From Thermoplasmatota archaeon (lineage in GTDB: Archaea > Thermoplasmatota > E2 > JACPAO01 > JAHFTW01), in the NCBI GenBank assembly GCA_038046785.1, contig JBBSVM010000006.1, forward strand, positions 101,875-165,874: DNA of 64,000 bases. Reading direction: 5' to 3'. Shown here in pieces: positions 56,695-64,000 of this stretch. The notes beneath the pieces were generated by a model. That model was not told the origin of the DNA. It saw only the letters and a program-made list of their open reading frames with translations, and searched no databases. Numbering within the stretch: position 1 is the first letter of the stretch; the number at the start of each line of letters is the position of its first letter. The position numbers and the translations under genes are program-made.

Positions 56695-58161
56695 GTGGGA
56701 GGGCAGTTTCAAGCGGCCGGTCCCGCTCGATGCGCTGTGCCGCGCACCACCTACGTCGAAGGGGTGCGCGAGGCGGCCAGTTGGGTCGCCGATTTCCTGT
56801 CCCCCGCGTACGGCCCGGGCGGCGGGTTCAAGCTGGCGGCGGAGGAGGGCGCCCTCTTTTCGTCAGGAGCCTCGGCGCTGCGGGAAAGCGGCCTGCGCAG
56901 CCCCGAGCTTTCGCCCTACGTCGGACTTGCGACGGCGGTGCAAGGACAGGTGGGCGACCACGCCACCGGCGCCACGCTGCTTGCGGCGCGGCTGGTTCTC
57001 GCGGGCCTCCGTTTGGAGGAGAACGGCGTCGGCCGCGCTTCGACCATGGACGGGTTGCGATTGGCGCGCCGGCAAGCGTTGGCGCTGCTTGGAAGTCTGG
57101 AGCGACCCGATTCAATCGGCGTCGCCCTCGCGACGGTCGGACGGACATCCGCATGGGCTTCCATTGCGTGGAACAATCTCCCCGTCCTCGCGGCTGACGG
57201 CGTGGTGCGGCTCGATGATGTGGACATCATCGCATCACCTGCCGCTTCGACGGCTTCCTGGCTCCCGGGTCTCGTCGTCGCACTTGAATCGCCTCGCCGA
57301 GCCGGAACCGTGCGCGTTGCCATCCTCGACCAACCCCTCCGAACCAAACCCCGTTCGGATCTGATGCTGCACGTTCGCGACCCCACAGTGCTCACCCCAT
57401 TCCATGAGGCTGAAGAGCGTCGGCTGCGCCAGCAAGCGAAACGGTTGGAAGACCTCGGCGTCGGTCTCGTCGCGGCGCCCGGAATCATTCCCGAACCCAT
57501 TCAGTCGCATCTCGCCGCCCTTGGCATTCAGACCGTCGCCAACGTTCCGCTTTCCGCTCTCCGCCGCATCGCGCGCTGCACCGGCGCCGAGGCGGCGCCC
57601 ACGCTCGATGCAATCGTCTCCGGTCAGCTTGGCGAAGCAACCATCCGGCGCGACGGCAAGCGCTGGCTTCTCTTCGGCCGAGGACCAACGGCGACCTTCG
57701 AAATCCCTGCTGCCACGGCGGCCCACGTAGCCGACGCGAACGACCAGGCGGAGCGTCTTGTGCGCGCCGCGGGCCGGCACAGCACGAATCCCCGCTCCCT
57801 TCCCGGCGGCGGGCGTTGGCAGCGCGAGGTGGCCTCGGCTTTGCGGCGTTCGGCCGATGCGGCTCCGGGCAGGTCGCCTCTCGTTCTGCGCGCCGTGGCG
57901 GACGCCTTCGCCAGCCTTGTCGATGACCTGGTGCGCAACCTCGGCCGCGACCCCTGGCGCGAATCGTTGCACCCCAATGCCGAGGCAACGTTCGACGTCG
58001 CCGCCGCCGTGCGGGTCGCGGTCGAGGGCGCGTTCGAGGCGGCAACGCAAATCCTGCGCGTCGATGCGCGCCACGCCCGGCGCTCCAGCTCGACAGTTGG
58101 TTTACGCGGCGCGGGCCAACCAACCAAGATTCGCAGCGGCGATGTTCCGCCGCTGATGTGA
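56695..58161 (+). CDS. divergent group II chaperonin (thermosome/TCP-1)-like protein with degenerate ATP site, 488 aa
   Basis: ORF track. AYGPGGGFKL is a GPKGMDKM-like motif. VGDHATGATLLAARLV replaces VGDGTTTAVVLAGELL (GDGTT P-loop lost). Equatorial, intermediate and apical domain order is preserved. Confidence 0.65.
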   Translation: MGGQFQAAGPARCAVPRTTYVEGVREAASWVADFLSPAYGPGGGFKLAAEEGALFSSGASALRESGLRSPELSPYVGLATAVQGQVGDHATGATLLAARLVLAGLRLEENGVGRASTMDGLRLARRQALALLGSLERPDSIGVALATVGRTSAWASIAWNNLPVLAADGVVRLDDVDIIASPAASTASWLPGLVVALESPRRAGTVRVAILDQPLRTKPRSDLMLHVRDPTVLTPFHEAEERRLRQQAKRLEDLGVGLVAAPGIIPEPIQSHLAALGIQTVANVPLSALRRIARCTGAEAAPTLDAIVSGQLGEATIRRDGKRWLLFGRGPTATFEIPAATAAHVADANDQAERLVRAAGRHSTNPRSLPGGGRWQREVASALRRSADAAPGRSPLVLRAVADAFASLVDDLVRNLGRDPWRESLHPNAEATFDVAAAVRVAVEGAFEAATQILRVDARHARRSSSTVGLRGAGQPTKIRSGDVPPLM

Positions 58162-58163
58162 GG

Positions 58164-58676
58164 TCAGACGCGTTTTCGAACGTTGACAATCTTCTCGACG
58201 GACGCGCAGACGGTTCCATCCTCTGCGACGAGGTCGACGCTGTAGGTGCGGTCCACCTTGGGCTCCGTTTCCAGCAGCCGTTTCACCTCTGCCACCTCCG
58301 AATCGGGCATGCGGCAGACGGCGGTGAGCGTGGAGCGTCCGGGGCGGCGGAACCGGATGGTCGCCCCCTTGTCCCACACCAAGTAGTCGGGGCCGAGGCG
58401 GTGCATCAGCATGAACATGAAGTGCGGGTCCACGGAGGCATAGAGGGAGCCGCCGAAGATGGAGCCGACGTAGTTCTTCGTCCGGCGCGACAGCGGCAAC
58501 CGGACCCGCATCTCCGACCAGTCCGCCGCGATGTGCGTGACCTTGGCGCCGGTGCCGCGGAAGCAGGGGTAAATGTTGAGGATGCGGCGGAACTTGTTGG
58601 GGTTCTTGGTCGCCCAGATGTGGAGGCGGGAGGCGCCCATGCCGGTCTGCTTGGATTCGGGGCTCATGTTCGCCAC
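58164..58676 (-). CDS. hotdog-fold thioesterase-like protein, 170 aa
   Basis: ORF track. Weak resemblance to PaaI/YiiD_C-type hotdog fold. Confidence 0.45.
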   Translation of the reverse strand: MANMSPESKQTGMGASRLHIWATKNPNKFRRILNIYPCFRGTGAKVTHIAADWSEMRVRLPLSRRTKNYVGSIFGGSLYASVDPHFMFMLMHRLGPDYLVWDKGATIRFRRPGRSTLTAVCRMPDSEVAEVKRLLETEPKVDRTYSVDLVAEDGTVCASVEKIVNVRKRV

Positions 58677-59215
58677 TTAATGTTGCAGCCCATCGAAGGT
58701 TTCTGAGCGGCAAGAGTGGGTTTGCCAACCAGCAGCGCGTCAATCGCCGCGGTCAAGTCGGCGCCGGTCACGTGCTTGCCGTTGCCGGGCCGCGAATCGT
58801 CCATTTGACCACGGTACACCAACTTGTGTGCGGCGTCGTAGAGGAAAAAGTCCGGCGTGCACTGCGCATTGTAGGCGCGCGCCACGGTCTGCGTCGCGTC
58901 GAAGAGGTAAGGGAACTCGTAGCCGCGCTTTTTCACCTCGGTCTTCATCGCCGCGGGAGAGTCATCGGGGTAGGCCTCCGCGTCGTTGGCGTTGATGCCG
59001 ACCACTGCGATGCCTTTCTCGCTCCATTTCTGCGTCAGCATCGCAAGGTCGTTCGCGATGTGTTTGACGTAGGGGCAGTGGTTGCAGAGAAAAATCACCA
59101 AGAGCGGCTTGCCCGCGAAGTCGGCGCGGCGCACGGTGCGTCCTTCCGTGTCGGGCAGCGCGAAGTCGGGCGCCGCCGTCTGCAGCGCGACCATGGAGGA
59201 TGGAACAAGGACCAC
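58664..59215 (-). CDS. thioredoxin-fold thiol-disulfide oxidoreductase, 183 aa
   Basis: ORF track. FLCNHCPYV is a CxxC active site in a thioredoxin-like context. Confidence 0.7.
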   Translation of the reverse strand: MVLVPSSMVALQTAAPDFALPDTEGRTVRRADFAGKPLLVIFLCNHCPYVKHIANDLAMLTQKWSEKGIAVVGINANDAEAYPDDSPAAMKTEVKKRGYEFPYLFDATQTVARAYNAQCTPDFFLYDAAHKLVYRGQMDDSRPGNGKHVTGADLTAAIDALLVGKPTLAAQKPSMGCNIKWRT

Positions 59216-59333
59216 GCCGTGCCGATGTCGCAGACCACTCTTGAAGTCTGGCGGTCCTGGAAGTGCGGTCAGACGAGGCTCATTTGAAGGGTTCCTCCAC
59301 TCGCCTTATCCCCCTGCAGTGGTTGTGGCCTGC

Positions 59334-60203
59334 ATGCGTGGCGCGTGGTTGCTGGTCACCGCAGTCGTTTTCTCAGGTTGCACTGTTGCAAGTGACGGCC
59401 CGGGGCGGGACGGCCAGGACGAGCCTAGCGCGATGGAAAACCCTGGAGACACTCCCGTGGCGGAGTGGGCCGATTTGGCCATTGGACTGACCTACAAGGG
59501 CACCGGACCCACGGCACTCGTCGCAGAGATTCGCTTGGGGATGCCCACCGACTGCGACCTGAAGGTGGCGGGCGAGTTCAATGCCACAGGCACCGGGGTT
59601 CGGTTCATGACGCGGTATCACGGAGCGGACGGGACCGCAGGCGCGACCGGAAATTATCACCGCCAGACGGAAGCAATCCAGGCGGGCCCGATTGACACAC
59701 GGTCAAATGGGGTCGACAAGCCCGGCGCGAGCCAGGGCAGTTTCGGCATCAACAGCGGCGGCAGTCTGTTCGTCGGAATCCCCAATGCGCAACCCGTGGC
59801 GGACATCGACTGGGTCCCTGAGGGAACCGTGCTGGTGACCTCGACTTGCCCGGGAGCGACGGGGCGATGGACGGTCGTTGGCGTGGATCCCATCTTCTTC
59901 ACTCCGGAAACGCCCGATGGCACCTTGCTGGTGTCGGTCGCTCCAACTCTAGTTGGCGTGGTCGTTGCGGCAGAGCGCGGTTTCAATCACGCGCTGAACA
60001 CGCCAAGCGCCATGCTCGTGGCCAACATCAGCGGCGCTGCGGCCGGCGTCCTTGAGCTCACGTCCCCGGGAGGCACGGAGAGCTGGAACCTTGCCACCGA
60101 AAGCGGGATTTGGCACGAAGGCCAGGGCGGCCAACAGAACGTGGGTCTGAGCCAAGCAGGGTCGGGGTTCTTGATTGGCGCGCTTTTCGGCGTGCCTGGT
60201 TAA
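59334..60203 (+). CDS. lipoprotein, about 289 aa
   Basis: Internal Met85 of ORF 59082..60203. MRGAWLLVTAVVFSGC is a lipobox. Confidence 0.55.
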   Translation: MRGAWLLVTAVVFSGCTVASDGPGRDGQDEPSAMENPGDTPVAEWADLAIGLTYKGTGPTALVAEIRLGMPTDCDLKVAGEFNATGTGVRFMTRYHGADGTAGATGNYHRQTEAIQAGPIDTRSNGVDKPGASQGSFGINSGGSLFVGIPNAQPVADIDWVPEGTVLVTSTCPGATGRWTVVGVDPIFFTPETPDGTLLVSVAPTLVGVVVAAERGFNHALNTPSAMLVANISGAAAGVLELTSPGGTESWNLATESGIWHEGQGGQQNVGLSQAGSGFLIGALFGVPG

Positions 60204-60273
60204 TGGCTCGCGCTCACGAAGATGTGGGAGCCGACAAAAGGGAGAGGAAGGGGAAAAGGGAAGCGGGCTTTGC

Positions 60274-60459
60274 CTACTTGCCGCCGCGGTGCTCGCGGAA
60301 CGCATCGGTCCACTTGACGTGGCGGTTGATGCGGCCGAGTTTGAGCATGTTGCGCAGCGACTTGGAGGACTTGAAGTGCAGGACCTCGCCGTTCTTGCGG
60401 ACGTAGAGGATGCCCGTGCCGGGCTCGATCTCCTCGCCGCTGAAGGTGTCCTTCGTCAT
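60274..60459 (-). CDS. rpl24e: ribosomal protein L24e
   Basis: ORF track. [30 protein letters not shown]-type L24e zinc-ribbon fold sequence. Typical operon position. Confidence 0.9.
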   Translation of the reverse strand: MTKDTFSGEEIEPGTGILYVRKNGEVLHFKSSKSLRNMLKLGRINRHVKWTDAFREHRGGK

Positions 60460-60824
60460 TCCTTCTTCGCCCCCTTCTTCTGGCCGGGGCCGCCCATGGT
60501 GCGGGCCTCGCGCTCCGTCTCGCGCAGCATGAGGACGTCGCCCATCTGGACGGGGCCCATGGCGTTGCGGGCGATGATGCGGCCCTTGTCGCGGCCCGCG
60601 AGAACGCGGACCTTGACGAGGGTGACTTCGCCGGTCATGCCGCCGCGCGAAACCACTTCAACGACCTCGCTCGGGAACGCGTCCTGATCAGCAGGGTCCA
60701 CGTTCTTCGGGGCGGCGGGCGCCGGGGTGGTGGCGGGGGCGTCGGATTTGCCCTTGACCTCCTTGGTCTTCTCGGCCTTGGCATCGGGCTTAGCGCCCTT
60801 GCCCTTGGCCTTTTCATCAGCCAT
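60456..60824 (-). CDS. rps28e: ribosomal protein S28e with about 50-aa Lys/Ala/Pro-rich N-terminal extension
   Basis: ORF track. C-terminal [56 protein letters not shown] is canonical S28e. ATGA overlap with rpl24e. Confidence 0.9.
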   Translation of the reverse strand: MADEKAKGKGAKPDAKAEKTKEVKGKSDAPATTPAPAAPKNVDPADQDAFPSEVVEVVSRGGMTGEVTLVKVRVLAGRDKGRIIARNAMGPVQMGDVLMLRETEREARTMGGPGQKKGAKKE

Positions 60825-60836
60825 GTGTGCGCCTCC

Positions 60837-61205
60837 TTAAGCGGCCTTGAGGGCCGTGGTCTTCTTGGCGATGTCCTCGACCGCTTCGGCGGCGGTGCCC
60901 ACATCGACGATGGCGATGGCGGCGGTGCCGACGGCGAGGCCGGCGGCGGTGCCGAGCTCGGCCTTCGAGGGGACGTAGGCGTACGGGATTCCCTTCTCTT
61001 CGCAGAGGAGGGGGATGTGGGCGAGGATCTCAGGCGGGCTGACGTCCTCGGCCATGATGACGAGCTTGGCAACGCCGCGCTCGACCTGCTTGGTGACCTC
61101 GTTGGCGCCCTTGGCGACCTTGCCGGTGCTGCGGGACTTCTCGACGGTCTCGTAAATCTGCGCGCCGAGCTCCTTGGGAGTCTCGAATCGAACGTATTGG
61201 GCCAT
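60837..61205 (-). CDS. rpl7ae: ribosomal protein L7Ae (K-turn binding)
   Basis: ORF track. Matches archaeal L7Ae throughout ([13 protein letters not shown]...AEDV.PPEI..H.P.LC.EK.IPY). Confidence 0.95.
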   Translation of the reverse strand: MAQYVRFETPKELGAQIYETVEKSRSTGKVAKGANEVTKQVERGVAKLVIMAEDVSPPEILAHIPLLCEEKGIPYAYVPSKAELGTAAGLAVGTAAIAIVDVGTAAEAVEDIAKKTTALKAA

Positions 61206-61388
61206 GTGTGTGTCTCCATTACCCGCCCGAAGGCAGGGTCATCTTTCAACGACTCGGGGGCCGGTCCGGAGCGAAGCGTCCGGCACAGGGCCAGTCGCCT
61301 CGGCCACGATTGGCCTCCTTGGCGTCGAAGCGGGCTCAGGAGTGGCCCTATATGAGCGTGACTGGAAGCTGCGGCCCCAGGTCCCGCC

Positions 61389-62774
61389 GTGGCAGTCGTA
61401 TCTGCCGCGCTTTATCAAGAACCGTGGGCATCGTGCAACGTGGCCTCGGCCTCCATCATCCTCCTCGCCTGCGCGGCAGTCATCCTCGCCGGCTTCCTGT
61501 CGGGCCGTCTCTTCGAGCGCCGCCGCTTCCCCGACGTCCCCATTTTGCTCGCCCTTGGCCTTTTGCTCGGGCCGGTGAACCGCTGGGCGGTCGAGCGCGG
61601 CTTGGGGTGGGACGATCTTGCCGTCGGCTTGAGCGTGGAGAACCTGCACAACGTCGCGCCGCTCGCCACCGGCCTCGCCCTCGTGGTGCTGCTCTTCGAT
61701 TCCGCCATCAGCATGGAGTTCCGCGCGTTCGGACGCGCTTTGGGACCCGCGGCGCTCCACACCACGCCCATCACCATCTTGACCATCGTCTTGGTGGGCG
61801 GCGTTGCGACGCTTTTGGGAATGCCCATTCTTCTTGCTGCGATGCTGGGGGTCGCCATGATCAACGTCGACCAAGCGGTTTCGGCCGGAACCCTTGCGCG
61901 CATGCGTCTGCCCGACAACATTCGCGCCACCTACCTGCTCGAGATGGCGTTCTACGACCTTCTGGCCATTCCCATCCTGGTCGCCCTCGTCGCGGCGGCG
62001 GGCGGAGGCGGCTCGCTGGGCGGCATCAACCCGTTCGTCTCGCTGCTCTCCACGTCGCTGGCGCTGGGCATCGGCGCCGGGCTGCTCTGGGTATTCGCTC
62101 TGCGCCGACTGCACGAGCACCCGCACTCCTACATGCTCACGTTCGCCGCCATCCTCGCCACCTACGGCGTCGCGGAACTGGTGGGCGGCTCGGGCGCGCT
62201 TGCCATCCTTCTGTTTGGCCTCCTGGTCGGAAACCGCGCCTGGGTCCTGCGCCGCTTCGGCAAGCGGCTCATGGATGATGAGCATGTCAAGGTGCACGCC
62301 TTCCACGCCGAGATTACGTTCTTCGTGCGCACCTTCTACTTCCTCTTCCTGGGCGCAAGCGTCGTGCCGCCAAGCCAGGCCGCCTGGCCGGTTGCGGTGC
62401 CGCTGCTGGGAAGCGGTACGCTGGTCCTCGCTGTTGCAGCCGTCGGAATCTTGGCCGCCATCATGCTGGCGCGGCTGGTGCCGGTGCGCATCGCGGCCAT
62501 CCGCGACCCCGCCAAAGCGGAACTCGCCTCCGTCTTCGGACGCGGCCTCGATACGGCGGTCCTCTGCACGTTGCCGTTCATCGCCCCCGGCTTCGTCGCG
62601 GGGACTACCTACCACGACATGGTGGCGCCGTGGGAGCCGGTCTTCGTCAACCTCGCGTTCTTCACCATCGTTTTGACGGTGTTCACGTCGAGCCTCTACG
62701 TCTTCCTCACCGAGCGGCGGCGCGAGCCAGTTTCGGCTCCGCCCGCTCGGCCAAAATCCCCAACCGCTCGGTGA
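61389..62774 (+). CDS. CPA1-family cation/proton antiporter (NhaP-like), 461 aa
   Basis: ORF track. 12-13 TM helices. Na+/H+ exchanger-like motifs. The start may be an internal GTG. Confidence 0.75.
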   Translation: MAVVSAALYQEPWASCNVASASIILLACAAVILAGFLSGRLFERRRFPDVPILLALGLLLGPVNRWAVERGLGWDDLAVGLSVENLHNVAPLATGLALVVLLFDSAISMEFRAFGRALGPAALHTTPITILTIVLVGGVATLLGMPILLAAMLGVAMINVDQAVSAGTLARMRLPDNIRATYLLEMAFYDLLAIPILVALVAAAGGGGSLGGINPFVSLLSTSLALGIGAGLLWVFALRRLHEHPHSYMLTFAAILATYGVAELVGGSGALAILLFGLLVGNRAWVLRRFGKRLMDDEHVKVHAFHAEITFFVRTFYFLFLGASVVPPSQAAWPVAVPLLGSGTLVLAVAAVGILAAIMLARLVPVRIAAIRDPAKAELASVFGRGLDTAVLCTLPFIAPGFVAGTTYHDMVAPWEPVFVNLAFFTIVLTVFTSSLYVFLTERRREPVSAPPARPKSPTAR

Positions 62775-63063
62775 GCGCTTTCAGCGTTCCCGACGACGAC
62801 AGGGTGCGAAGCGTCGTGTTGGACAGGAGGTCGGCGAGGGTCGGGATGAGCGTGCGCAGTGCGGTTAGCTGGTCGTGCTCGCAGCGGGCGATGCCGTGCG
62901 GCCAGGAATAGCGCGTGAGTTGCGGTGGCGGGCCGGTCCATCCGGCGTCGGGCCGCTTGGCGGCCTGGGTGAGGGCTTGTCCGACGTCGCGGCGCGAGAG
63001 CGGCATCGGTCCTGCCAGGGCGAAGGCGACGTAGCGCGGCCGCGGCATCGACAGGTTGCTCAC
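62707..63063 (-). CDS. hypothetical protein, 118 aa (GTG start; overlaps 3' end of antiporter convergently)
   Basis: ORF track. GTGA overlap with the upstream gene stop. Coding status is weak. Confidence 0.3.
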   Translation of the reverse strand: MSNLSMPRPRYVAFALAGPMPLSRRDVGQALTQAAKRPDAGWTGPPPQLTRYSWPHGIARCEHDQLTALRTLIPTLADLLSNTTLRTLSSSGTLKALTERLGILAERAEPKLARAAAR

Positions 63064-63869
63064 AGCACTCCCTCGTAGGCGGCGGTGCGGCTCAGTCGGT
63101 TCAGGATGCGAATGCGGCGCCGGCTTTGCCGGTAACTGTGCAGGCTCGTTCCGAGCGGGGCGATGAGGCTGATGGGGAGGGCCACGCGGATGTCAAGGCC
63201 AGCGCGCAGGAGGATGAAAAGAACCGGCGCCGCGCAGGCGAAGAGGGCGACGATGGCCCAGAAGGGCAAGAACGGCTTGCGGGCGTCGGTTTCCAGCGCA
63301 GCTTTCTCGGCCTCGGTGAACGGTTCGGCGCTCGGCACCGCGACCTGGCCGCGCTTGGCGAGAAGGTCGCGCACGACCTGGATGGATTCGCGGTAGCCGC
63401 GGCTGCGCGGTGTTGCGGAGGCGAACCGCGTCGGCGTGAACTTGATGGTTTCCAGGGTTCCATCCGCGAGCTCCAGGCCGAGTCCGTACAAGGTCACTTT
63501 TCCGTCGCTGGAGGCGAACGGCGAGACGAAGGCGCCCGTGACGTCGTAGCTCACCGGGTAGGCCGCCGCGACCGCTTCCCAGGGGATGAACGGTCGGCGC
63601 CAGGCAAGAAGTGCGATGCGGCCGGGCTCGACGCCGTCTTCCCGGATGCGGATTGTCCCCGGGCGAAGCACGACCATGAGGAGGGCCACAGCGGCAAGCG
63701 GCGCAGCGTAGATCCAGTAGAGCGACGCCACGTTGTCGCGCAGGACATTCTCCAGGCTCCCGGTGAGGAAGACGAAGCCGAAGACAAGGAGACCAGCGTA
63801 GAGGATGGGGTGAGCGCGCGGCGGCTTGTACTCGAACAGCACCGCACCGCGCGCGTCGGGGGCCGTCAT
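63060..63869 (-). CDS. membrane protein, 269 aa
   Basis: ORF track. Two N-terminal TMs, a soluble domain and a C-terminal TM pair. Its ATG overlaps the stop of the NAC gene. Confidence 0.55.
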   Translation of the reverse strand: MTAPDARGAVLFEYKPPRAHPILYAGLLVFGFVFLTGSLENVLRDNVASLYWIYAAPLAAVALLMVVLRPGTIRIREDGVEPGRIALLAWRRPFIPWEAVAAAYPVSYDVTGAFVSPFASSDGKVTLYGLGLELADGTLETIKFTPTRFASATPRSRGYRESIQVVRDLLAKRGQVAVPSAEPFTEAEKAALETDARKPFLPFWAIVALFACAAPVLFILLRAGLDIRVALPISLIAPLGTSLHSYRQSRRRIRILNRLSRTAAYEGVL

Positions 63870-64000
63870 CGCGTCCCGAGGCGAACAATCGCTTCCGCCA
63901 GGTCGCCGTTGGTGGCCTCGAGGGCGGCACGCGCTTCGGCATTGCTGCGGCCGGTCTGCTCCATGACGAGCCGAACATCGTCAGCGGAGATGGGCGTCGG
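63866..64000 (-). CDS. nac: nascent polypeptide-associated complex alpha subunit, C-terminal UBA domain (partial; N-terminus beyond window)
   Basis: Minus-strand translation of 63869..64000 gives [42 protein letters not shown], the archaeal NAC-alpha UBA tail. Confidence 0.7.
   Translation of the reverse strand, partial: PTPISADDVRLVMEQTGRSNAEARAALEATNGDLAEAIVRLGTR

Noticed and set aside
1-64000. CRISPR arrays, tRNA and rRNA genes, IS or transposase, integrase
   Set aside because: None was found on reading both strands. No regularly spaced repeats, no cloverleaf-like conserved tRNA motifs and no DDE or tyrosine-recombinase signatures were seen.

Overview
This 64 kb window is high-GC (about 65%), non-halophilic archaeal DNA. 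The archaeal assignment rests on an L7Ae-S28e-L24e ribosomal operon, a Hel308 helicase, a putative KEOPS Cgi121, a COG1395 regulator, DUF63 and a NAC-alpha fragment. Ribosomal proteins are only mildly acidic, so this is not a haloarchaeon; a high-GC Thermoplasmatota-type lineage is a low-confidence guess.

Three regions stand out:
(1) 1-12 kb is a block of at least 15 minus-strand genes, mostly translationally coupled with many ATGA start/stop overlaps. It encodes a 1209-aa and a 749-aa secreted, C-terminally anchored surface or spike-like protein, several small membrane proteins, two very basic proteins, a Cys-rich mini-protein and a leading small wHTH regulator. A divergent zinc-ribbon/HTH regulator cassette flanks it. 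This looks like a virus-like or mobile module, or a novel surface-structure operon.
(2) About 13.3-48.4 kb is a dense copper and metal homeostasis island. It carries two unusual multicopper oxidases, five cupredoxins, CopZ, CopR (Lrp-TRASH), CopA with a 190-aa C-terminal extension, a CopCD fusion, two near-identical NikR-like regulators (a segmental duplication with a copCD remnant and a 20-nt poly-G tract), a CDF-ZIP-His-rich-peptide operon, two BNR lipoproteins, paralogous His-tailed membrane proteins and many regulators. Immediately upstream of copA lies a degenerate P1B-ATPase paralog. It has lost the actuator domain, and its DKTGT phosphorylation motif is KKSTL. It has gained a Met/His-rich extracellular loop. 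It is the strongest candidate for an undescribed function.
(3) 48.5-64 kb is housekeeping: a lower-GC two-gene unknown module, Cgi121-Hel308, a divergent thermosome-like paralog, a thioredoxin-like protein, the ribosomal operon and a CPA antiporter.

No CRISPR array, rRNA or tRNA was recognised. All coordinates derive from the ORF track; internal start choices are inferred.
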